64,000 bases of DNA from Planctomicrobium piriforme. GTDB taxonomy: Bacteria > Planctomycetota > Planctomycetia > Pirellulales > UBA1268. Under the pieces are notes generated by a model. That model made no database searches. It was not told the origin of the DNA and saw only the letters and a program-made list of their open reading frames with translations. Position numbers and translations under genes: made by a program. Position 1 is the stretch's first letter, and each line of letters starts with the position of its first letter. The stretch covers positions 5,947 through 69,946 of the forward strand of contig CAMAVC010000001.1 of assembly GCA_945861585.1 (NCBI GenBank), in the 5' to 3' direction. This document shows positions 23,945 to 32,653 of this stretch, in pieces.

Positions 23945-26689
23945 CTATCCGGCCTTGCGGCGCGGCACCGTGGCGGGGGCGAATGGATCGACCGGCTGGG
24001 GGTTCGGCGTGGGCATCGTAGCCCCCACCTGCCTCCGCCACGCCGCGAGCCGGGCCGCCAGCTCCGCGGCCCGCGCCGGCCGGTCGCCCGCCAGATTGCG
24101 CCGCTCGCCAGGATCGCTCGCGAGGTCGAAGAGCTCCATCTTCCCATCCTCGAAATGCTCCACGATTTTTTCGTTTCCCGACACGAGCGCCGCCGCCGGT
24201 CGCCCGCCCTGGTTGGAGTAGTGCGGATAGTGCCAGACCAGATCACGCGGGCCGAGCGTGTCGGCGCCCGCGAGCACCGGGCGCAGACTCATGCCGTCGA
24301 GCGGAGCATCGTCACGGGCAGGTGTCTCGGCCACATCGATGAGCGTCGCCGCAATGTCGAGCGTAGTGACGGGCAGGTCGCTCGTCGTGCCGGGCCCCAC
24401 GACGCGCGGCCAGCGCACGATGAGCGGCACGCGGATCCCTCCCTCGTACACGAACCCCTTGCCGGCCCGCAGCGGCAGGTTCGACGTGGGCGCGCCCTCG
24501 GCGGTCGAGAGGCCACCGTTGTCACTCGTGAACACGACGAGTGTGTTCTCCTGCTGGCCCGCCTTCGACACCGCAGCGAGCACCGTCGCCACCGTCTCGT
24601 CCATCTCGCGGATCATGCCGGCATACACGGGATGATTCTGCACCTGCCGCGCGGCCGGATCGCCCGGCACAGGTGGCGGCACGTCGAATCTCGGGCCCAC
24701 GCCGACGGCTCGCCGCCCCTCCTCGGCGGCGAGTTCGGGCCGCGTGATCAAGGGCACGTGCACGGAATGCATCGGCACGTAGCAGAAGAACGGCCGATCG
24801 CGGTTCGACTCGACGAACGCCGCCGCCTGCGCCGCGATCGCCCGGGCGTGCAGCGGATCGTCGGCCGGACCGCTCCCCGGGCCCACGGTCGTCGAGCCGG
24901 TCACGTCGAAGCCATGGGCCGGGATGTCGGCGGGCGGCCCGAGGTGCCACTTGCCGAACACGCCGGTCGCGTAGCCCGCGTCGCGCAGGCGTTCGGCCAC
25001 GGTGACTTCGCTCGCCGGCAGCGCATGGAGATAGGCGGCGGGCACGAGGCTGCCGCGGCGGTCGCCGGCGATGAAGTTCGTGATCTTGACCCGTGCGGGA
25101 TGCCGACCGGTGACGAGTGCCGCCCGCGTCGGCGAGCAGACGGGGGCCGCCGCATAGCCGCGGGTGAAGAGCATGCCTTCGGCTGCGAGCCGGTCGATCG
25201 CGGGCGAGCGGTGGAACGTGCTGCCGGTGCAGCCGAGGTCGTGCGCACCGAGATCGTCGGCCAGGAACACGACGACGTTCGGCGGGCGGCCGCCGCCAGT
25301 CGCCGTCGCGGCGGCCGGAGATGCGCCCGGCGTCTGCTTCGCCGGGTTCCACCAGGCATCGAGGCTCGTGCGGAGCTCGGCGACGACATCGGGATGCGCG
25401 GCCGCGATATTCGTCGTTTCGTCGGGATCGGCGACCACGTCGAAGAGTTCGATTTCGCCCCGCTCGTACAGGGCCCGCGAGTGGGGATCGATCCGCTTCG
25501 CTTCCTCCGCGGGGAGAACGCCGCCCGCACCCGCCGTCGTCGGCACGATCAGCTTCCAGCGGTCGCGCACCGTCCACCGCCAGAGCAGACTCTCGGCCGG
25601 GTCGTCGAGATCGACGAGCGTGTGCGTGAAACACTCGCCGAACACCTGCCGCCGCGCGGACACAGCCTTGTCATCGAGCAGGTTGACGCCGGGGAGCCCG
25701 GCCGGCGGCTCGATGCCACAAGCGGCGAGCACGGTGGGCAGGATGTCGATGGCGCTCGCGAGCGCCTCGCTCGTGCCCGGCCGGATCGTGCCCGGACGCC
25801 GCAGCATGATCGGCGTCCGCAGGCCGCCGTCATACGGCGACAGTTTCGACCGTGGTGCGAACCGCGGCGAGTCGGGGCTCTGAATCCAGCCGTTGTCGGT
25901 GATGTAGACGACGAGCGTGTTCGCCGAGAGTTGCTCGCGGTCGAGGTGGTTGAGCAGATCACCGACCGTGCGGTCGAACCGCTCGACGCTTCCCCAGTAG
26001 CGGGCCACGTGGGCGCTGTCGGTCTTCGCTTGATAATGCTCCACGAGGGCAGGTGAGGGATCGTGCGGATCGTGCGGCAGCATCGGCGCGTACCACACGA
26101 AGAACGGCTTGCCCACTGCACGGGAGCGGCCGATGAAGTCGTAGATCGGCTGCATCGAGTTGCGGCCGATCGAGAGCCCTTCGTCGCCGTGCCGCTTGCC
26201 CTTCGTCATCCCCTCCGTAAAACCACCCCGCGAAAAATCCCCCTGCCACCACTTTCCAGTCTGAAGGCTTGCGTAGCCCGACGCTCCCAAGAGGCGCGGG
26301 AGCGTCGGCCACTCCTCGAGGTGCCGATTCATCCGCTCGCGCCCGGCCGCGAACGTGTCTTTGCCACGAGGTGGATCGTTGCCGACGACACGGTGCTCGT
26401 GCGGATACCGCCCCGTGATGATCGTGGCCAGGCTCGGGCAGCAGAGGCTGCTCGTGACATAGCCTCTGCGGTAGACGAGGCTCTCGCGGGCGAGCCGGTC
26501 GAGGTGGGGCGTGCGCACATGGGGATGCCCCATGAAGGCGTAGTCGCGCCAGTGTTGGTCGTCGGAAACGATGAACACCACGTTCGGTGGCGGATCCTCG
26601 GCGACGGCTCTCCCCTGGCCGGTGAGGCCGAGGCCCGCCAGACATGCACCCACCCATTTCCAGCGAGTCGCTTGTGACCACGGTGCCAT
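23945..26689 (-). CDS. double sulfatase fusion (two S1 catalytic domains)
   Basis: Trimmed to MAPWSQATRWKWVGACLAGLG. Domain 1 has VVFIVSDDQHWRDY and the atypical motif SLCCPSLATIITGR. Domain 2 has VVVFLADDLGAHDLGC and PVCSPTRAALVTGR. Confidence 0.85.
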   Translation of the reverse strand: MAPWSQATRWKWVGACLAGLGLTGQGRAVAEDPPPNVVFIVSDDQHWRDYAFMGHPHVRTPHLDRLARESLVYRRGYVTSSLCCPSLATIITGRYPHEHRVVGNDPPRGKDTFAAGRERMNRHLEEWPTLPRLLGASGYASLQTGKWWQGDFSRGGFTEGMTKGKRHGDEGLSIGRNSMQPIYDFIGRSRAVGKPFFVWYAPMLPHDPHDPSPALVEHYQAKTDSAHVARYWGSVERFDRTVGDLLNHLDREQLSANTLVVYITDNGWIQSPDSPRFAPRSKLSPYDGGLRTPIMLRRPGTIRPGTSEALASAIDILPTVLAACGIEPPAGLPGVNLLDDKAVSARRQVFGECFTHTLVDLDDPAESLLWRWTVRDRWKLIVPTTAGAGGVLPAEEAKRIDPHSRALYERGEIELFDVVADPDETTNIAAAHPDVVAELRTSLDAWWNPAKQTPGASPAAATATGGGRPPNVVVFLADDLGAHDLGCTGSTFHRSPAIDRLAAEGMLFTRGYAAAPVCSPTRAALVTGRHPARVKITNFIAGDRRGSLVPAAYLHALPASEVTVAERLRDAGYATGVFGKWHLGPPADIPAHGFDVTGSTTVGPGSGPADDPLHARAIAAQAAAFVESNRDRPFFCYVPMHSVHVPLITRPELAAEEGRRAVGVGPRFDVPPPVPGDPAARQVQNHPVYAGMIREMDETVATVLAAVSKAGQQENTLVVFTSDNGGLSTAEGAPTSNLPLRAGKGFVYEGGIRVPLIVRWPRVVGPGTTSDLPVTTLDIAATLIDVAETPARDDAPLDGMSLRPVLAGADTLGPRDLVWHYPHYSNQGGRPAAALVSGNEKIVEHFEDGKMELFDLASDPGERRNLAGDRPARAAELAARLAAWRRQVGATMPTPNPQPVDPFAPATVPRRKAG

Positions 26690-26833
26690 CGGGACTGTCT
26701 CCGCCTGATTGGTGAGCACGGCCGCGGCGACATTGCGGTGGCGCGCGACACGGCTGATGATTGTTGCAGTCCGGGTGGGAACACTCCACCGGCCCCGGTT
26801 CAACGACCCAGTCTCGTGAAGGTTTTCCACCGT

Positions 26834-29800
26834 ATGGATCGATTCAATGTGATCGTCGGCTTGTTCGCGAGTGTCGTCTCGGCATGCCTGACGACTGCTC
26901 AGGCCGGCTCGATCACCGCCGCCGAAATCGCTCCGCAGCCGTTCGGCCCCGCGTTTCCCGCGCTCGATGGGTGGGCGACGGGAGCCTGGTGGAAGGATTC
27001 TGCCGCCACAACGGCGCAGCCCGACGTGAAGGGTGGCCGGCCGTTCGCCGTCGACGTGCCGCGGGGCGACGTGATCGCGTTTGCCCTCTACACCGTAACC
27101 GTGCGGCCGGAGTCGCGCGGCACGTTGAAACTTTCCGCGCAACTCTTCCCCTTGAAGCCGAGCGAGGCCCGCGAGGCCCGGCTCGAGATCCGACGCGGGG
27201 ATGCCTGGGTCGAAGCCGCTCGGGCGCAGGTTCATTATCCGGGCTGGGATGTCAACTTCCGCGTCGCCGGCTGGGACTCGTCGCGCGACTGGCCCTACCG
27301 CGTCCGGCACGGCGACGAAGCGATCTTCGAGGGGCTCATCCGCCGTGACCCGGCCGACAAGCCCGAGATCACGGTGGCCGTCATGTCGTGTAACTCGTCA
27401 CGGACGACGGGAGCCCGCGATGAACTCGTGACCGGCCTGCGTAAGGCCGATCCCGACCTACTCTTCTTCGCCGGCGACCAGACCTACCGCCACACGCAGC
27501 ACACGGTCGGCTGGATCGAGTTCGGCCTCCAGTTTCGCGACGTGATCCGCGACCGGCCCACCGTGACGATCCCCGACGATCACGACGTCGGCCACGGCAA
27601 TCTGTGGGGCGCCGGCGGCAAGCAGGCCACGCGCAAGGACGGCGCCGACGGCGGCTATTTCTATCCCGCCGACTACGTGAACATGGTGCAGCGGCAGCAG
27701 ACCTGGCACCTGCCCGACCCGGTCGATCCCGCGCCGGTCGGTCAGGGCATCGGCGTGTTCTTCACGCGGCTCGTCCTTGGCGGCCTCGACTGCGCGATCC
27801 TCGAAGACCGCAAGTTCAAGACCGGCCCCTTGGGGGCGATCCCCCAGATGGGCCCGCGGCCCGACCACATCACCGATCCGACGTACGACCGCGCGAGCAT
27901 CGACAAGCCGGGCCTCGAACTCCTCGGCCCACGGCAAGTGGCCTGGCTCGAGCGATGGAGCCGCGACTGGCAAGGTGTCCGCGCCAAAACGGCGCTTTCG
28001 GCCACGGCATTCGCGGGCGCCGTCCACCTCCACGGCAGCCCCGACAACCGGCTCCTCGCCGACCTCGACTGCAACGGCTGGCCGCAAAGCGGCCGCAATC
28101 AGGCACTCAAACTCTTGAAGGCGGCGCATGCCAGCCACCTCTGCGGCGACCAGCACCTCGCCGTCGTCATGAAACATGGCATCGAGCGGCACGGCGACGG
28201 GCCCTGGTCGTTCACGTCGCCGGCGCTCGTGAACACGATCTATGGCCGCTGGTGGCATCCGCTCGACGAGCGGCCGGGCGCGAATCCGGTGCCGGGCAGC
28301 CCGCTCCCCTGGACCGGCGATTACGAAGACGGCCTCGGTAACACGATCTCGATCGTCGCCTACGCCAACCCGGAAGATGTGAAGGATGAAAAGAAGCGAG
28401 GTGACGGCTACGGAATCGCCCGCTTCGACTTCACGAAGGACACGATCACATTCGAGTGCTGGCCACGGTTTCCCTCGGTCGGTGCGGACGGCAGCGCCCG
28501 GCAGTATCCCGGCTGGCCCGTGACGGTGCCGCTTGAGCGGCCAGCCCCCGCGGAGAAACCCGCTGCGGCGGTCGGCGCCTCCACGGCTCCGGCACAGCCC
28601 AACGTGATCGTGGTGCTCGTCGACGACATGGGCTGGCGCGATCTTTCCTGCCAGGGGAGCCCGTATTTCGAGACGCCGCACATCGACCGGCTCGCCGCGA
28701 GCGGCATGCGGTTCACGCACGGCTATTCGGCCTGCACCGTCTGCTCGCCGACCCGGGCTGCGATGCTCATGGGGCAGTATCCCGCCCGGCTGCACATCAC
28801 CGACTGGATTCCCGGCCATCAGCGGCCACATGCGAAGCTGAGCATCCCCGACTGGCAGAAATTCCTGCCGCTCGAAACGGTGACGGTGGCCGAGCGTCTG
28901 CAATCAGCCGGCTACGCCACGGCCAGCATCGGCAAGTGGCATCTCGGCGGCGACGCGTATTTCCCCGAGCATCAGGGCTTCGACCGCAACATCGGCGGCT
29001 CCGACCGCGGCCAGCCGCCGAGCTCCTTTTCGCCATACAAGATCCCCACGCTCCCCGACGGCCCCGTGGGCGAATATCTCACCGACCGGGAGGCGGCCGA
29101 GGCAGTGAGCTTCATCGAGGCCCACCGCGACCGGCCGTTTTTTCTCTATCTGCCGCACTACGCCGTCCACACGCCCATCCAGGCGAAGCCTGCCGTGAAG
29201 GCGAAGTATGCAGCCAAGGATGCCGGCGGACTCGCGGTCAACAACGCTGGCTACGCCGCGATGGTCGAGAGCGTCGACGACGCACTGGGAACGATCCTCG
29301 CCGCGCTCGACCGGCTCGGGATCCGCGACCGCACGGCGATCGTGTTCACGAGCGACAACGGTGGGCTCGTGAGTTCGACCGACAACGCGCCCGCCCGCGC
29401 CGGCAAAGGCTCGGCCTACGAGGGGGGCGTGCGCGTGCCGTTCATCGTGTCGTGGCCGGGGGTGACCAGGCCCGGGACGACGAGTGCCGAGCCGGTGATC
29501 ACGCCCGACATTCCGGCCACGATCCTCGATCTCACGGGCGCGGGCCCGGAGCCCGGCCAGCCGCTCGACGGCGTGAGCCTCGCGCCAGCGCTCCGCGGCG
29601 AGCCGCTCGGCCGCGACGCGCTCTATTGGCACTATCCGCACTACCACCCCGGCGGGGCGACGCCCCATAGCGCCGTCCGCGCGGGCGACTGGCGGCTCGT
29701 GCGGTTCTACGAAGACGGCCGCCGGGAGCTCTATAACCTCCGCGCCGACGAGGGAGAGACGACGGACCTTGCGGCGCGCGAGCCCGACCGCGTCACGGAC

Positions 29801-31348
29801 CTCACTGAAAAACTCGACGCCTGGCTGGCCAGCGTCGGCGCGCAGCTGCCGACGCCGAACCCCGCCCACGACCCGGCCCGTGACACGACGGCCCGCAGGC
29901 CAAAGCGGGGCCGGCACGACACTCAGCCCGCTGTGCAAAAAACGCCCAACGTCCTGTTCCTCATCGCCGACGATGCGTCGTGCCACTTCGGCTGCTACGG
30001 GTGCGGCTGGGCGCGCACGCCCGCGGTCGACCGGCTCGCCCGCGACGGGCTCGTGTTCGACAACGCCTACGTGCCGACGTCGAAGTGCGCACCCTGTCGG
30101 GCCGCGATCCTCACCGGCCGCAACCCCTGGCAGCTCGAGGCGGCGGCGAATCATTGGCCGACGTTCCCGCCGGAGTATCGCGCGTTCACCGAGGTGCTCG
30201 CGGCCACCGGCGTCGCCTGCGGCGGGGCCGGGAAGGTGTGGGGGCCCGGCGTGGCGCAGACGGCCGGCGGGGACAAGCGGACGTGGGGGCTGGCGACGGT
30301 GAGGCGCGGCAAGGGGAGCGACGCCGGCGCGGGGTTCCAGGCGTTTCTCGCCACCCGCAAGCCCGGGCAGCCGTTTTTCTATTGGTTTGGCAGCACGAAC
30401 CCGCATCGGAAATACGAGCCCGACGCCGGTTTGGCCGCCGGCAAGAAGCCCACCGACATCGACCGCGTGCCCGCCTGCTGGCCCGACACCGACATCGTGC
30501 GCCGCGACATGCTCGACTACGCCACCGAGATCGAGGCCTTCGACGCGGAAGTGGGATCGCTCCTCGCCGCGCTCGACGCCGCCGGCGAGGCGGAAAACAC
30601 GGTCGTGATCGTGACGAGCGACCATGGAATGCCGTTCCCACGGATCAAGGGGCACACCTTCGACCTCGCCCACCGCGTGCCGCTCGTGATGCGCTGGCCG
30701 GCGGGGATCGTGCATCCCGGCCGCCATGTCGAGGCGTTCGTGAGCGCGATCGACTTCGCTCCCACGATCCTCGACCTCGAGCGGGTCGATGGCGTGGCCG
30801 GCGGCATGCGGCCGATGATGGGCGCGAGCCTCGCCGATCTCCTCCGCGACGCGCCCGCGCACCCGCGCGACCGCGTCATTCTCGGCCGCGAGCGCAACGA
30901 CGTCCGCTGCCGGCCGGGCACCGAATCGGGCCTCGGCTACCCCGCGCGGGCGATCCGCCGCGGCAACCTGTTCTACGTCCACAACTTCGCCCCCGACCGC
31001 TGGCCCTGCGGCGACCCCGACCTCGGGCTCGCCGATACCGACGCCGGTCCGACGAAAACGCTCATCGAGGCCGTCGGAGAGGGCGATCACTTCTGGCAGC
31101 TCTGCTTCGGGAAACGGCCGGCCGACGAACTCTACGACCTCGCGACCGATCCCGACTGCGTGAAGAACCTCGCCGCCGACCCCGCGCGTTCCCGCGAGGT
31201 ACGCCGGCTCAAAGAAGAGCTCTTCGCCGAACTCACGCGGCAGGCAGACCCGCGGCTGCTCGGCCGCGGCGACGCGTTCGATCACTACCCGTCGCCCCAG
31301 CCCGTGCCCGGCGCGAACCCCGCCCCGGCTAGGCCAGCACCGCCTTGA
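26834..31348 (+). CDS. tri-domain fusion: PhoD-like metallophosphatase domain - sulfatase - sulfatase
   Basis: Trimmed to MDRFNVIVGLFASVVSACLTTAQA. The N-terminal domain has VAVMSCNSS, FFAGDQTYRH and IPDDHDVGHGNLWG. Sulfatase 1 has VIVVLVDDMGWRD and TVCSPTRAAMLMGQ. Sulfatase 2 has VLFLIADDASCH and SKCAPCRAAILTGR. Confidence 0.8.
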   Translation: MDRFNVIVGLFASVVSACLTTAQAGSITAAEIAPQPFGPAFPALDGWATGAWWKDSAATTAQPDVKGGRPFAVDVPRGDVIAFALYTVTVRPESRGTLKLSAQLFPLKPSEAREARLEIRRGDAWVEAARAQVHYPGWDVNFRVAGWDSSRDWPYRVRHGDEAIFEGLIRRDPADKPEITVAVMSCNSSRTTGARDELVTGLRKADPDLLFFAGDQTYRHTQHTVGWIEFGLQFRDVIRDRPTVTIPDDHDVGHGNLWGAGGKQATRKDGADGGYFYPADYVNMVQRQQTWHLPDPVDPAPVGQGIGVFFTRLVLGGLDCAILEDRKFKTGPLGAIPQMGPRPDHITDPTYDRASIDKPGLELLGPRQVAWLERWSRDWQGVRAKTALSATAFAGAVHLHGSPDNRLLADLDCNGWPQSGRNQALKLLKAAHASHLCGDQHLAVVMKHGIERHGDGPWSFTSPALVNTIYGRWWHPLDERPGANPVPGSPLPWTGDYEDGLGNTISIVAYANPEDVKDEKKRGDGYGIARFDFTKDTITFECWPRFPSVGADGSARQYPGWPVTVPLERPAPAEKPAAAVGASTAPAQPNVIVVLVDDMGWRDLSCQGSPYFETPHIDRLAASGMRFTHGYSACTVCSPTRAAMLMGQYPARLHITDWIPGHQRPHAKLSIPDWQKFLPLETVTVAERLQSAGYATASIGKWHLGGDAYFPEHQGFDRNIGGSDRGQPPSSFSPYKIPTLPDGPVGEYLTDREAAEAVSFIEAHRDRPFFLYLPHYAVHTPIQAKPAVKAKYAAKDAGGLAVNNAGYAAMVESVDDALGTILAALDRLGIRDRTAIVFTSDNGGLVSSTDNAPARAGKGSAYEGGVRVPFIVSWPGVTRPGTTSAEPVITPDIPATILDLTGAGPEPGQPLDGVSLAPALRGEPLGRDALYWHYPHYHPGGATPHSAVRAGDWRLVRFYEDGRRELYNLRADEGETTDLAAREPDRVTDLTEKLDAWLASVGAQLPTPNPAHDPARDTTARRPKRGRHDTQPAVQKTPNVLFLIADDASCHFGCYGCGWARTPAVDRLARDGLVFDNAYVPTSKCAPCRAAILTGRNPWQLEAAANHWPTFPPEYRAFTEVLAATGVACGGAGKVWGPGVAQTAGGDKRTWGLATVRRGKGSDAGAGFQAFLATRKPGQPFFYWFGSTNPHRKYEPDAGLAAGKKPTDIDRVPACWPDTDIVRRDMLDYATEIEAFDAEVGSLLAALDAAGEAENTVVIVTSDHGMPFPRIKGHTFDLAHRVPLVMRWPAGIVHPGRHVEAFVSAIDFAPTILDLERVDGVAGGMRPMMGASLADLLRDAPAHPRDRVILGRERNDVRCRPGTESGLGYPARAIRRGNLFYVHNFAPDRWPCGDPDLGLADTDAGPTKTLIEAVGEGDHFWQLCFGKRPADELYDLATDPDCVKNLAADPARSREVRRLKEELFAELTRQADPRLLGRGDAFDHYPSPQPVPGANPAPARPAPP

Positions 31349-32621
31349 TCGGCTTGCCGCCGCCCCCGATCTTGAATGGGCGGCCGTTGGGGGCCATGAA
31401 CTCCTTGTCGTGCGGCAGGCCGCAGGCCGCGGCCACCGTCGAGAGAAAGTCGGGCACGCTGACGGCGTCCTTGTCGGGCTTGTGGCCGCGTTCGTCGCTC
31501 GCGCCGAACACGGCCCCCCCCTTCACGCCGGCGCCGGCCAATGCGCAGGAGAACACGGCCGGATGGTGGTCGCGGCCTGCGTTCTCGTTGATCCGCGGCG
31601 TCCGGCCGAACTCCGTGGCGAGCACGACGAGCGTCGAAGCGAGCAGCCCACGCTCCTCGAGGTCGGCGATGAGCGCGCTCATGCCGGCGTCGAGGTTGCC
31701 CGCCGCCTCCGGCAGCTCCTCGAAGATCTCGCGGTGCATGTCCCACTTGCCATATTCGACCTCCACGCACCGCACCCCGGCCTCGACGAGCCGCCGGGCG
31801 AGCAGGCAGCCCTGGCCGAACGTCGAACTGCCGTAGCGCTCGCGCGTCTGCTCCGATTCCTTCGCGATGTCGAAGGCCTCAAGATCAACGCTGCCGAGCA
31901 GCCGCACGGCGTCCTTGTACATCTGGTTGTAGGCTTCGAGCTGCGGGCCGGCGTACCTCCGCTTGAAGTCGGCATCGATCTTGTCGGCAAGGGCGAGCCG
32001 GCGGTTAAAGTTCTTCTCCGTGAGATACGCGGGCCGCACGGTGTTCTCGAGCCCAAGCTCCGGGTCGGCCACCGGCACGGGCGTGACCGACGGATCGAGA
32101 AATCCCGCGCCGGGGTGCTCGTTGCCGTTGCCGACGAGCACGTAGCCGGGAAGTTCGCGGCTCGCCTTGCCCTGCACGTGGAGCGCCCAGGAGCCGAGCG
32201 ACGGGTGGCGGATGCTACCGAGCACGGGGTACGCCGTGCGCATCACGTACTGACCCTGCTGATGATCGCCCGTCTCGGTGGTCATGGACCGGATCACGGC
32301 CAGCCGGTCCGACTGCGCAGCGAGCCGCGGCAGATGCTCGCCGAACATCACGCCCGGCGTCTTCGTCTGGATGGGCTTCGTCTCCCCCTGCTCCTCGCGG
32401 CCCGGCTTGGGGTCGAACGTGTCGAGGTGGCTCATCGCGCCCCGCATCGAGAGGATGATCAGGTTCATCCCCGCTGTTTTCGATCCGCTCGCGGCCGCCG
32501 CCAGGCTGCTCCCCAGCCCGTCGAGCAACGTCACCCCCAGCGTGGTCCGGGCGAGGCGGCCGAACATGGCCCGCCGTGCGACCCGCTCGTCGAGCCAGTC
32601 GGTCGTGTTTCGCATTCGCAT
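31329..32621 (-). CDS. DUF1501 protein (sulfatase-like fold, Tat signal)
   Basis: Trimmed to MRMRNTTDWLDERVARRAMFGRLA, preceded by GGGAGG. Motifs: SHLDTFDPKP and NENAGRDHHP. Confidence 0.9.
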   Translation of the reverse strand: MRMRNTTDWLDERVARRAMFGRLARTTLGVTLLDGLGSSLAAAASGSKTAGMNLIILSMRGAMSHLDTFDPKPGREEQGETKPIQTKTPGVMFGEHLPRLAAQSDRLAVIRSMTTETGDHQQGQYVMRTAYPVLGSIRHPSLGSWALHVQGKASRELPGYVLVGNGNEHPGAGFLDPSVTPVPVADPELGLENTVRPAYLTEKNFNRRLALADKIDADFKRRYAGPQLEAYNQMYKDAVRLLGSVDLEAFDIAKESEQTRERYGSSTFGQGCLLARRLVEAGVRCVEVEYGKWDMHREIFEELPEAAGNLDAGMSALIADLEERGLLASTLVVLATEFGRTPRINENAGRDHHPAVFSCALAGAGVKGGAVFGASDERGHKPDKDAVSVPDFLSTVAAACGLPHDKEFMAPNGRPFKIGGGGKPIKAVLA

Positions 32622-32653
32622 GGCATGCCTCCCAATCGCGCTCACGTGCTTCG

